A stretch of 64,000 bases of DNA. Origin: Amoebidium appalachense. Its lineage: Eukaryota; Protista; Ichthyosporea. This document shows positions 12,807 to 28,970 of the stretch, piece after piece. Under the pieces are notes generated by a model that saw only the letters and a list, made by a program, of their open reading frames with translations, searched no databases and was not told the origin of the DNA. Both the position numbers and the translations under genes were made by a program. The number at the start of each line of letters is the position of its first letter. Position 1 is the stretch's first letter. Location of the stretch: contig CAVNZM010000007.1 of assembly GCA_963693365.1 (NCBI GenBank), forward strand, positions 10,475,962-10,539,961, in the 5' to 3' direction.

Positions 12807-15800
12807 TCAGCACATGTTGAGCATCCCCACGGCCTTGGTGAAGAAAGAGGCAGACAGGGCCTTGGTGAACATGTCGGCCTTGTTGTCAGCAGAAGCCACC
12901 GGGACCACAGTGATGTTGCCCAGCAGGTGATGTTCCTTGACGGAGCAGTAGCGGACGTCGATGTGCTTGGTCTTGGGCTTAACCCCCAGGGTGTCCAGCA
13001 GGGCCCGGGCAGACTCATTGTCCCCATGGATGGGCACCGGGGTGGGCTCATTGATAGGATTAAGGCCCAGGTCGTCCATCACATAGTTGAGCCATAGGGC
13101 CTCGTTCGTAGCAGCAGACATGGCCACAAATTCAGCCTCAGTGGAGCTGTGGGTGGTGATGGACTGGAGCCGAGACACCCAGGACACAGGGGAGGAGTTT
13201 ATGAAGAAGACATAGCCCGTGGTGGAGCGCCGGGTGTCGCGGTCCTCGGCGTAGTCGGAGTCGGAGTAGCCAACAAGGTTGGGGGGGCCGGGACGGTAGA
13301 CAATACCCAGGTCGATGGTGGCCAGCAGGTAGCTTACAACTCTGGTAGCCATAGTCCAGTGGGTGACGGTGGGCGCATGAATGTGTCGAGTAAGGACTCC
13401 CAGAGCCTGGGAAATGTCGGGGCGGGTGGTACGCGCAATCCACAGCAGGGCACCGACCAGGCTGGCATAGTCCTCCTTCTTGCTGTAGGCTGGGGTCTTG
13501 TTGCTTTCACTGGCCTGGCCCGGGACGATGGGGGTCTTGGTGCCGGACATGTGGGTGAGACGAAAACGGGCAGCCAAGTCGATGATGTGTTGACGATGGC
13601 CCAGACGCAGAGACCCGTCCTCCAGCCAGGTAAGAGTGTGCCCGATGAGCAGGGTAGGACGACCCAGGTCCTTGGCAGAGAAACGAGCATCCAGCTTGGT
13701 GAAAAAATCGTCGATGAGCGCATCAGTGGCGGCCGTCACGGTGAAGTCATCCACGTAGGCAGCAAGGGCAATAAATGTTGGGGTCCCGGCATTCTTGATG
13801 AACAGGCACGGGTCAGCAGCACTCACAATGAAGCCTTGGTCGAGGAGATGGTCACGGAGGGCCTCATACCACTGGCGCGGTGCCTGTTTTAGGCCGTAGA
13901 GCGCCTTGTGGAGCAAGCCGACAGCATGGGGGGCCGAGGGGTTGACGAAGCCAGGGGGCTGCTCAATGTAGATGGTCTCGTTGACGGTGCCGTTGAGGAA
14001 TGCTGTGTTGACGTCGATGTGGCGCAGAGGCAGACCTTGGGCCACGGAGGTAGCCAAAACCAGCCGGATGGTAGCCAGCGCAGCCACAGGTGACTCGGTG
14101 ACGAAATAGTCCTGGCCAGGCTGCTGGTAGTTGCCCCGGGCCACAAGCCGGGCCTTGAAAGCAGTGACGTTGCCGACGTTGTCCTGCTTGACCGTAAAGA
14201 CCCAGCCGACCGGAATGACAGTGGAGCCATCCTCTGGACGGGGCACAAGGGTGAAGGTGCCGTTGTCTTCCAGGGCCTTGAGCTCACGGTGTGCAGCCTC
14301 CTCCCATTTCAGACGCTGGGGACTCTTGAGTGCAGCCCGGACAGTCTTGGGGACAACAATGGTGGAAGCCTTGATGGGTGTTGATGCAGGAGCCGTAGCC
14401 TGGGGGGCAAGGGGGGCCGTAGCAGCAGCCACGTTGGCAGTCGGGCCTCGACGTTGGTCGTTGTACACAGCGCCACTACGGGTCGTCCGGGGGAGCCGAT
14501 GTGCAGGCTCGGGCAGGATCGGAATGTCCAATTGATCACTCGGCGCTGTCCCATTGGCTGACAGACGAGACGAATCAGATTGCTGATCATTCCGGACGAT
14601 GTGATTGGCTGGCTGATTTGACGAATCAGATGACTCCAAAAAATGATGAATTGCCGGTGCGGTCGACCAATCAGATGGGACATCACGGAGGGGGTGCAGA
14701 ATAGCAGCCTCGTCGAACTGCACGTCACGGCTGACGGTCATCTTGTGTGCTGCTGGAATCCAGACCTTGTAGCCCTTGATGTTAGGAGGGTAGCCCACGA
14801 AGACGCCCTTGACGGCACGAGGCGCCAGTTTCGGTGTATCCTGTTGATGGACGTAGCAGGGAGAGCCCCAGACACGGAGCCGGCTGTAGTCGGGAGGAAT
14901 GCCGGTCCACAGCAGAGCGGGAGACGATTGGCTGCCGGTGGCTCGCGACGGGAGCATGTTGCGTATAAAAGCCGCGGTCACAGCTGCCTCGGCCCAGAAT
15001 CCCACCGGAAGGCCGGACTGCTGCAGGAGTGCCCGAACCATGTCGAGGAGGGTCCGGTTCAGTCGTTCGGCAGTCCCATTCTGTTGAGGAGAGCCGGTGG
15101 TAGTGATCTGATGGCGAATGCCATGCTCACGGTTGTAGTCCCCGAAGGCCGTGCCCATGTACTCGCCCCCCCCCGTCGGACTGAAACACCTGCATGGGAA
15201 CACCGTGTTGGGTAACCGCCGCCTTGTGGTACGTCACATATGCAGCCAGTGTGTCCGACTTCTTGACGAGGGGCACGGCCGTGGTGTGGCCGGTGAATTC
15301 GTCGTGGAACGTCGCCAAGTACTGAGCACCACCGATCGCGGGAGGGAAGGGGCCGCTGATGTCGCTGTGAACCTTGGCTAGGACCCGGGGAGCTTGGCTA
15401 GTTGATTCGGAGAAGGCAACACGGTGGGCTTTGCCGAGGGCACAGGGCTCACACACACCCGGAGACTTGGCACCGCCACCCACCAACAGGCCTGCAGACT
15501 TGATGACCGAGCGTACAGCGTCAATGCCAGCATGGCCCAGACGGTAGTGCCACGTGTTGAGGTCGGCAGTAACCTTGAGGATACGCGGAGCAGTGGTGGT
15601 TTGGGCGTCCGGGGTTGTGTCCGCGCGCAGAAGAGACACCGCCATGTGGTACAGCTTGGTGCCGACAGCCGAGCCGGTGGCCAGAATTTGATCGCCGTAG
15701 CACAACTTAACGCCGCCGCGGGTGTCAAAGCGGGGTAAAACACCGTTGGTAGTTGCCGTGAACACACTGATGAGAGTGTCGGGGATGGAGGGCACGTAGA

Positions 15801-17106
15801 GTACATCCGTCAGCTGATGCACCGCAGTAACGCCGTCGATGGTGCTGGAAAAGAACACGTCGCCCACCCCAAGCACTGCACATGCACCCTTGTCGGCTAC
15901 TTGGACCGTGGAGTAAGGCGCCGCACGCATGTTGATGAACACATCGGGCCGGGGGCACACATGGTCAGTGGCTCCAGAGTCGAGGAGCACCTTGTTGGTG
16001 CCACAGTCGTTGCTAGACATGAGGAAAGCCCGGGGAGCGGCAGCCCCCCCCTTGCACTGTGCCGTAGTGTGGGTAGTAGAGGCAGGGTGGTTGATGCAGG
16101 ACCCAGGCAGGAGGGGACCACCCTTAGGTTTGCGGCCGTTGGCACGGTTGCCCCCCTTGCACATGGCGGTAGTGTGACTGGTAGACAGTGGGTGGTTGAC
16201 GCAGGAACCCTTGGGGTAGGTGCTGGCACGGTTGTTGCCAGAGTTGCTGTGTTGGCCGTTGCCGTTGGGGCACTGAGACTTGATGTGGCCTGGTTTGCCG
16301 CAGCCGTGGCAGATGACAGGTTGAGGAGCCCGTGTGGTGAAGGCGGCCGGCCCGGAGCTGGTAGTCACACGTGCACGTGGGTGGCTGGTCTCATATGCCC
16401 GTAGCTGTTGGAGGAGGCCCATCACGGTAGGCTTGGGTGTCATCTTGTAGGCAATTACAGGCATTTCGTAGTAAGGCACCTTGCCGAGGTCGTTGGTGAG
16501 CTTGGTCAGCACTTGAGCATCACCAATTTGTGTGCCGTAATCGGCCAGGCGCCGCACGTAGCCGCGGAGTTTCATGGCGTATTTCGTCGCGGTGTCCGTA
16601 GGTTCAGGCGTAGAATTCATGTACAGCCCGATAAGGTCGTACTGATTGGCCTCAGATTGCTCCAGGTAGTGGGCAGATAGGGCCGACCATATCTCCGCAG
16701 GTGTGGTGGTGCGTGTTAACCCTAGGATACAACGCACGTCAATCGAGAGTGCTTGCCACAGGTAGGAACGGGCAGTGTCGACCTGTTCACGGGTAGCCGG
16801 GTGCTCCGTACTGGGCGCGATGGTGTGGAGAAGACCAGCACCAGAAAGCTGGACATACATGGTTTCGGCCCATGTGTGGTAGTCCGTGCCTGAATCATTA
16901 TCAATGCCAGTGAAGAGAGGGATGTCGACCTTGAACTTGATGGAATCATTACGTGAGGGGCCCATAACCCTGTTGGACATTGTGTTCATAGAAGCTAGTT
17001 CTAGTGCACGTTGTTCCTTCTGTAAGTCAGAAATGATTGCATCTTGTGAGGCCAACCTCTGCTCCAGTAGTTGGACTAGTTGCTGCAACTGTAAGTTGTC
17101 AGACAT
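12807..17106 (-). CDS. Copia Gag-Pol polyprotein, split by a +1 frameshift in a G9 run at 15166-15174
   Basis: CCHC knuckle CHGCGKPGHIKSQC; protease LLDSGA; WHYRLGH..CEPC; integrase HSD..SDGGGEY..QNGTAERLNRT; RT KARLVARG and YVDD; RNase H YSDSD, TEAE, DNESA, KHIDVRY, ADMFTK. Confidence 0.96.
16958..16970 (-). promoter_or_regulatory. Primer binding site for the internal (half) initiator tRNA-Met
   Basis: GGTTATGGGCCC lies 1 nt after the 5' LTR, matching the Drosophila copia-type PBS. Confidence 0.85.
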
Positions 17107-17735
17107 AGTGTCGTGTATGATGGGTAACTAGTCTATGTGTTTTGTGCACTGGAAACGACAGTAGAAAAGTGTAAATCAAACGTTCTGCTTCCCATGTTTG
17201 TGACATGGGAGGCACTGCTTTATATAGTCGTTGGCCACCTCATGGTGGCCTCGTGTGCACCCTGGTGGTGGGCCATGTACAGCATGGCCGAAAAGAGAGC
17301 ACAATGAAAACAAGTCGTTAAAGATATAAAAGTTAACTGTGCACGTTGAGTGGCTAGTTAACTTGCACTAAAGCACACAAATAAACGTGTTTAACACACC
17401 AATTGCAGTTAAACGTAAATCTTGCTTCACACAACTAAAAATATTCTGAGAATATCCGGGAATAAAGCACACTACCACTCTAAGAATAGAATCCTGTGGC
17501 AAATATAGACATGACATCATCTGAACCGGGAATATTAATTAATGAGCACAATTAGCACGTTGCTAGTGAAGCTCGTCATTGGTACAGTTTTGGCTCAAAC
17601 ATATAACTACCATATATGAATATGACCGTAAACAAAAGCTCTATGCACTCGAGTGAGTGTTGAAACAGTTATTCAATTGCTCAGAAACTTTCTCTAACAG
17701 ACATTGCTAGCCGGGAGTACCAGTGTACTCCAACA
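16971..17735 (-). repeat. 5' LTR (765 bp) with TATA box and hairpin
   Basis: Minus-strand CTATATAAAG at 17218-17227, followed by a TCCCATGT/ACATGGGA hairpin (17187-17213). It contains the Gag ATG at 17106. Confidence 0.97.
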
Positions 17736-19118
17736 AGCCGCACATCCGAATTCTCACAGTACACACACGCACACACATACTCCGCCCGGGTCTGCACCTT
17801 TTCACAACGAGCCAGCACCAGCAGCTGCCAGTCCTCCGCCTGCAGATGTTCCCTGGGCTCCGTTTGGCGCCGCAGGGGCAGGACCTGACCCTGAGGTTGT
17901 TAAAGAAGAACCAGGAGGCAGCAACGGTCGGTGGCTAAATGATTTGCCCACACCGGTTTTTCCGAACCTGTCTAAGGCACAGGGGGAAGATGCCTTGTAG
18001 GTAATTTACAGTTCCTGGGAAAAGTTCTCAAGATTCGTAGGTTTGCCCCTACATGTCTAATAAGTAAGTGGCAGTCCAAAGTCACACGCACACTTTTGCG
18101 GGGTTTATTTGTATTTGTGCCCGGGGGAAAAGGAGAGAGAGAGGGAAGGAAAGAGGGGAGAGGTGAGGAGGGGACAGGTCGGATAGAGAAGAGAGGGTGG
18201 GAGGGCAAATACTTCTTTAAGCGGCTTATGTGCTTATTGAATTTCAGCGCGAGATGGGATACTCCAGCAGCTAAGTTGGGACCAGACCATATATCGAGAG
18301 CGTTACAGGCCCAGGTTTACAACAGTTGTTAGATAGAAAGGAGGCAACTTCTGCTTCAAGGAAATTTGCCAAGGGTTTAAGCGCTCTAGTTCTCTCTTTC
18401 TTGATCCAAGCGGCGAGAAGGGGTAAACCATATTGACATGTCGGGAAGACAAAAGTGCGAACAAATGTAAGTCTAATAGAAGGATGGAGGGGTGTGTCTT
18501 AAAAAATATTAGCCGAGAAGAAAGCTAACCGCTTACGAGCCAGCTCTACCCTCTTTTCGAATGATATGGGAAAACATAACACCAACCGGAACACCAAGAT
18601 ATTTGTATTCTGGAACTATAGGTACAGGTTTAGATGATAATGTAGATGTGTGTCACTTGTTAGCTATATCAGGTACAAGAACACCACATTTGTCTATGTT
18701 AAGGATCATAAGGTTTGCCTTGCACCACTTGGGATGAGGAGCATTGGCTTCGCTTGCACTGCATCAGTGTGTACATGTATGTGTATGAGACATTTCTTTT
18801 CTTTTTTTGTTGCTTGACATTCCACATGTCGTCCTACACACTAATAAACAGAATGATTCCCCCCATCTTACGAGATGATTGATCACCAACTTGGCAACCT
18901 GGCCATGGGTCCGGAGTCCCGGACGTCGTGTCGACCTGCAGATCGGATTTCATCATGCAGCCTGGCGCGGACCCATGCATATGGGCCCGGGCCACCACGG
19001 TGATCATGATCATGACAACTCAACTAATATTACCTTGCAATTGCGGAGGTTCTGTCTGGACAGCCTACTATGTACTAGACTGCACCTGAGGCTGTCCCTA
19101 TATGGTGGCTGTTGTGTG

Positions 19119-20220
<1,102 letters not shown>

Positions 20221-20439
20221 ATCCTACTACATGCAAGAGGTAGGTTCAAGCTGCAGGGGGTGATATGGAAAGTTCATAGCCACTCCATCTTCTTCACGAT
20301 AAGGCAACCCAACAGGCGTAAAGCAAAAAACGAATGCATGTGTGTGTTATGTTATATGGGTGTATGTGGTTCTCGGTGGGTTCTCTGTGGTGGTCTGTGT
20401 GCTATATGCTCTTTATAGAGTCTCGGGTATGTCTCAACC

Positions 20440-21123
20440 TGTGACCCATCTATAATGCAAGACCTCATGTGTACCTGTGTCCAACTGATCACAACTGACA
20501 ACTGAGACCCGCTCAGGAGTGACGGTTATACATGTACTCTGGGATCAGGGCTCAGCTAGGCTATCCATATATGGTATCATTACATCCATATCATTGGTTC
20601 ATAGGGTAGGGATTCTCAACCGCGTGTGCTTCAGTCACACCACATAACTCCCCCCTCAAGATACTTCGTCCTCGAAGGATTCAGAGACCTGCTCCCTTAG
20701 GAGGCAGACGATGTTAGTAATTTGGTCAGTATGAGGAGTAGCCGTAGCCTTTGCAACTTTCACCCTCGAGCACCATGCAAGCCGGTAACATCCTGGGTAT
20801 CATTGTATACTTATCAGCAGAGAACATAACCATATGACCACTTGGGTTCACGTCTGTGAGTGCATATTAAGCACCTTTCCCTTCTTCATCATTTTAGTAA
20901 TTCTTGTTATGCCTCTGGAAGTGCTCTCGGCACTTATCAATTTCATCGTGTTTAAGTTTCATTATTGCACACCATGTGCCGTAGAGCTCTTAGGTTCTTG
21001 CATTTGGGTCTTCGTGATCATACTTTGTCTCAGTTAGGCTATCCATATATGGTCATCATTGCATCCATATCATTGGTTTATAGGGTAGGGATTCTCAACT
21101 GCGTGTGCTTCAGTCACACCACA
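20440..21123 (-). mobile_element. Miniature or internally deleted Ty3/gypsy-like LTR element remnant
   Basis: ~205-bp TG...CA LTR at 20440-20644, preceded on the minus strand by TTCGAGGACGAAGTATCTTGAGGGGGGAGTTA (gypsy-type PPT). A second partial LTR copy lies at 21029-21123. No TSD was found. Confidence 0.7.
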
Positions 21124-21266
21124 CAGTGTGTGTGCTGGCCTGTGTGTGTGATAGCGCACACATGATCATTCCGAATTGAATTTTTACAGATCTTTCTTCG
21201 TTTCTTTATTATTTCAATTCTTCTCCTTCTTTTTTATTTGTGTGTGGGTTCGTGTGTGTGTGTGGT

Positions 21267-21297
<31 letters not shown>

Positions 21298-21372
21298 AGG
21301 GGGGAGGGAGGGGGGGGGGGGGGAAGGGGAGGGTGGAAAGGGGGAGGGAGGAGAAGCCACAGGGAAGGCTAG

Positions 21373-21453
21373 CTGCCAGTATTAACGTATTAACGTATTA
21401 ACGTAAACTGCCAGTATTAACGTATTAACGTATTAACGTAAGTAAGTATTAAC
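21373..21453. repeat. Higher-order minisatellite [CTGCCA(GTATTAAC)3GTAA]x2
   Basis: Seven GTATTAAC octamers arranged in a 35-bp period. Confidence 0.9.
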
Positions 21454-21476
21454 CTCTGGGGGTCACACACAGGCAC

Positions 21477-21535
<59 letters not shown>

Positions 21536-21554
21536 CACACACGCACACACACAC

Positions 21555-21593
<39 letters not shown>

Positions 21594-22254
21594 CACATTT
21601 TCAAGTTGAGTTGCACATCGGCGTCCGCATTACTGACTATCAAGACAGCTAGGTCAGTCTTCAAATTCCTCTTTCCCTCAAAACCCCCCCCCCCCCCCTT
21701 TTCTCCCCCTCCTTCCACCCCTCCCCCTTCCCCCCACCTCCGCCCTCCTCTGCCCATGAACTTTCCCCCCCCCCCCCCCCCCCCCCCCCCCTCCTGCCCC
21801 CCTCCTCCCCTTAGGCCCCTCTGGTTTTTGTTTCCCGGTCTGCGGTTCCTGTTCCCTGTACAAGAAAATTTCCCTTTTGCAAAAGAATATTGTTACGGTC
21901 ACGGATCAATCTGCTAGGTACTGACACAAACCAGTTGGCATGGTACCTGCAGTCTGTCTAAATTCAAAATTCAAGTCAGTATCATCTAACATCGGCCAAT
22001 ATATCCAACATATCTATCTTCCACAATTACATTATTGGTAGCCAACCGGCAGTATATCTAACTTCAACCATCAAATACTTTGAAATCACACGTTTGGTGC
22101 ACTGCCCGGTCGTGATGGATCCCAGAACTCCGGAATCGTCTCGTGCACGTGGCAAAGTCGGTTTCAAACTAAAAATGTCGAATTGAATTAAAAATTTAGG
22201 TTATACAAATAATTCCCCTACACATACAATAGACGTTGCCAGTAATAACCGGGA

Positions 22255-25300
<3,046 letters not shown>

Positions 25301-27470
25301 AACTTCACATAAAAGATTAAGCTAGAAAAACAACCAGGGGGGGAGTAGGGGGGTAGGCGGGAAATGTAATACCTTAACAGTGTAAAAATGGGTTCTTGTG
25401 ACCCCCCCGTACAGTATTTCCATAGTGGCCGGCCACTTTCCAATTTGCCTGCACAGGTCCAACGGGTTTCTCGGAAAAATCAATGATGGAGGGGAACGCC
25501 GCTCATAAAGTGTGGTGGGGAATTATTCGAAGAGAACGGTGGCATCATGCAGTGTGTTGACCAGGGTGTAGGCAGGAGCCCGAAGATTACATTATTGTTG
25601 TGCGCTATGCCTACCGTGCCGAGAGTGGTTGGGAAAAAGAATACCTGCAATACTCAGATACACTATTGAATATGTACTCAGTGTTCAGTGAATATACACG
25701 AAAACTGGTACAGTTATATGAACAGGAATATATGGTGTGTACTCTAACACCCGTAAAGTTGTTCTGGGTGAGCACCTAAAGGGTACTGTTATATATACAA
25801 GGATGAATTAGAGTGCAGTTATTGCACCCTGACTGTTTCTAAGTCCACATTAATTCGCGTACGTGCACACAGATTCTGGAGCCACATCCACTCCTGATTG
25901 CAAGACTTGGTGCATAATAACTATTAGCCGAACACGAGCACGATCCATACACGGGAGTGTCAATGACATAACTAATTTCACGATGTTTTTTCTTGTTACT
26001 AACTCGAATACTTTTATTGCTGCATCAGCCAAGTATGGGCTTGGTTCGACTGAGCTAATAGACCACATGAATGTGGTATCAAGTTGGCAGATGACTTGCA
26101 GCTGTGCAGAGTGCTGGTGCAGCGGAGTCATTCATATGGGTACCGGTCCTGGTAGTTTTTTGTTTGCCTAACATAGTGTTGAATAGTAGATGCTGACGTT
26201 GAACGGATGTTTTTGTCACCCTTTGGGGTTTTGTGGTTTCGAGTGAATCTGGCGCCAAGTCAGATATCATAAAACCGAGCTGTCACCCAATGGCACACTC
26301 TAATAGCGGCAACGGGATGCGTGTGAACAGCCAAGGTCCAGGTTCAGATGGATTTTTTGAAATCGCAGCCTGGATTCCAGCCTGCGGCAGTCCAGATGCC
26401 CCGACTGCCGGCTGGCTGCATCCGGATGTCCCGGCCGCGGCCCCTAATAACCTATATTGAACATATTTTTTAAAAAAAGGATTCAAGCTAAACTATAGTA
26501 AAAACAGAGAATTTCTTTTTGGGAAAAAAGGGTTCCTGGCATCCTCTCCTACATGTCGATACCACTATTTCCAACTTCGAATTCGGCGGCCCTTTTCCTT
26601 TCAAAGTACTATTATACAAACGCTTAGTCTATTTTGGGCTGACCACAAAAAGTTGCAGAAGCTACACAAAAATTATGAATAGCATCAGAATAACGCAATA
26701 GTGATCTAAAACCCGGCATTCATATCGCTTTAACGAAAACTTTAAGCCAATCAAATACCTTTAAAACGCAGCCTCCTTGGAGTCCTTGCGCAACTGGTCC
26801 AAAAAATGCATTTCCGGACGTCCTGGCCTAATCACATACGTCATTGATCTGCTACGTGGAATTTGACCCCGTTACGTCACCCCAATCCGAACCCGGACCT
26901 GGAGCGCTGTTCACACTGGTCCACGGTTACATGAACGTGGGTTGCACAGACACGCACACACATGCACACACACCAACTATGGCTAGCTAGTACTCCCGAA
27001 GGCTGCACCCAATGCCACCCATGGGCTTGGGTACGCGTCAAAGGCTTCCGCCTGCACATAAAAAATTTCTATTTGATATTGCGCATGCAGAAAGAACGTA
27101 TGACTAGCTGTGCGCACACAGTCACGTACAGTGGTGAATGCGCTTTGGTACGTACACACGTGTGACGTACTGTGGGGCAAATGTACACGTGCATAGAGCA
27201 AGTCCTCTTTTTTAGTGATACACACACATGTGCACCACGGGATCCATCAACCTTGTGATATTGAGTTCTACAAGAGCTAACGTTATGTACCGCTCCCTTT
27301 CTTGGTGTTCTAATAGGTAGGGATTTCTGGTCGGAGTCCGGGGTGACACCCGCACCCAACCGGTGACCTGCTTACTGAACTGGGCACTGTGGGCAGTCTG
27401 GGCTGGGCCCCCCGGGCGGGTTACTCCAAATCTACTTATCCCATTTATCCAATCACATTTGCGTCGGGAA

Positions 27471-28230
27471 CAGGGTTGGGCTGGGGTTGGCCAGCTTAAC
27501 CGTATTGTCCTTTGACCAATCGTAACGGACAGTTTCTTAATCGTAACGGGGGGGTTCTTGGGGATATGCAAGCCCAGCTAATAACGCCCCTCCAGTCACA
27601 AAACTCAAAATACGCGTTTTTACAAATTAAATATCGCAAAATTATGTGGCCGAGCAGGTAAGCTCCTCGCCTCCGACGCAGGAGGCACCTGGTTCGAGAA
27701 TCCCGGGATGAAGCGCATTGGGGATCGGATGGATGCCCTGATGGGACTCGCCTGGGTGCAGGACTATGGCAATGGCCCTCTAAGCTACAATAACTCCAAC
27801 CGGGGTAGTCAAGGATCAGATGCCTTGGCTATTTCGGAAAGTTTTTCATTATATATATAAAAGTTATCTAAAGCACCATGTATTTTTTTGGCCGATATCT
27901 TCTTTTCATGAGCGGTTTTGGTTATCTGGGATATCTCCCCTTTTCACCTTCTATGAGCACATCAATAAAGTCATTTTAAAAATAAAAACAAAATTACAAG
28001 CCCTGGACACTTGTCGAGGTTCGATATTGCTCATGAGAAGCGCTGTAGATATGTTCTTGAACAGAAATATTGAAAAAATTAGGTACAGTTAGATATTTGG
28101 GGGCCTTAAAGCATTTATAATGCTATACATCTGATACGAAAGCTGTTACGACGGCACCCTAACCTTATTCGTATCGGGGTCTTTCGTTAATCGTAATTAC
28201 GACGATCTTTTTTCGTAATCCCCCCCCATG
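27471..28230 (+). mobile_element. Non-autonomous hAT element (MITE), copy 2
   Basis: Starts CAGGGTTGGG and ends ...CCCCATG; 8-bp TSD GTCGGGAA at 27463-27470 and 28231-28238; homologous to 37424-38053. Confidence 0.88.
27645..27988 (+). mobile_element. tRNA-derived SINE nested in the hAT MITE
   Basis: A-box TGGCCGAGCAGG, B-box GGTTCGAGAATCCC, AATAAA and an A-rich tail, TSD CAAAATTA (27637-27644 / 27989-27996). The segment is absent from the sister MITE. Confidence 0.8.
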
Positions 28231-28720
28231 GTCGGGAAAGTTGAACAACATTTGTTGAAGCTCCCACTGATTGGACGATAGCGCACCATGAGTCCATGAC
28301 GCACTTGAATCAAGGTACGGTGTCACACACTGACATGGCTCAGCTGGGGCTGGCCCCACATGTACAGTGGGGCTGAGCCCTCAGCCCAGCGGCTGCTACG
28401 CCTGAACCTGAGCAATGGTCTTCGTGGGCGCACACTAGTTAACACTTACTAGTACTGTTGCTTACCAAACAGGAGTATATATATAAGGGGGTTTACGCTG
28501 TTTACTCGAGGCAAAGAGAACCAGTCTCAGGTATGGGGGGGGGGTTTTGCTCGGAATATCCCCTCAGCGGTATATCATGATCACGTACATAGATGTCGGG
28601 TGGTGACTATATATCAGGGTTTACTTTCTCTACGAGACACCATAAAGACTACAAGGAGAAATCAATTAGTTGGGGTTCCCCGTTTTTTTTTTTTTTTTTT
28701 TTTTTTTTTTTCCCCCCCCT

Positions 28721-28726
28721 AATATT

Positions 28727-28757
<31 letters not shown>

Positions 28758-28938
28758 TATGTACGTGTGTACACATGTGTGCTCCACAACACATACATTT
28801 CTATGCGGGTGACATCAATTCAACGTGTGTTCCCCTCGGATCCTGGATGGGCACTACAAAAGCATCAACAAGCGCTGCCCGACTAATACATAGCTCGTAC
28901 TAGCAGATATATTTGGCATGAAAACCAAGGCGAATACA

Positions 28939-28970
<32 letters not shown>

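Larger units (their letters stand above)
11856..17735 (-). mobile_element. Full-length young Ty1/copia LTR retrotransposon
   Basis: Two 765-bp LTRs, TSD AGCC, PBS GGTTATGGGCCC, PPT-like GAGTAGGGG, and domain order gag-PR-IN-RT-RH. Confidence 0.98.
11100..18000 (+). pseudogene. Host ORF of unknown function interrupted by the copia insertion
   Basis: Removing 11856-17739 (element plus one AGCC TSD) fuses ORF 11100-11855 in frame with 17740-18000 (...AANGA|AHPNSH...EDAL*). This gives 267 aa from ATG 11313; a possible upstream acceptor TCGCAG lies at 11076. Confidence 0.6.

Noticed and set aside
12710-17131. Overlapping and antisense ORFs within the copia element
   Set aside because: Shadow frames of GC-rich coding sequence with no recognisable domains; there is no room for an env-like ORF between pol and the LTR.
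21373-21453. CRISPR-like array
   Set aside because: There are no unique spacers; it is a simple tandem repeat in a eukaryotic context.
25850-26171. Two opposite-strand ~100-aa ORFs in non-repetitive DNA
   Set aside because: No recognisable motif or splice linkage; cannot be distinguished from chance ORFs.
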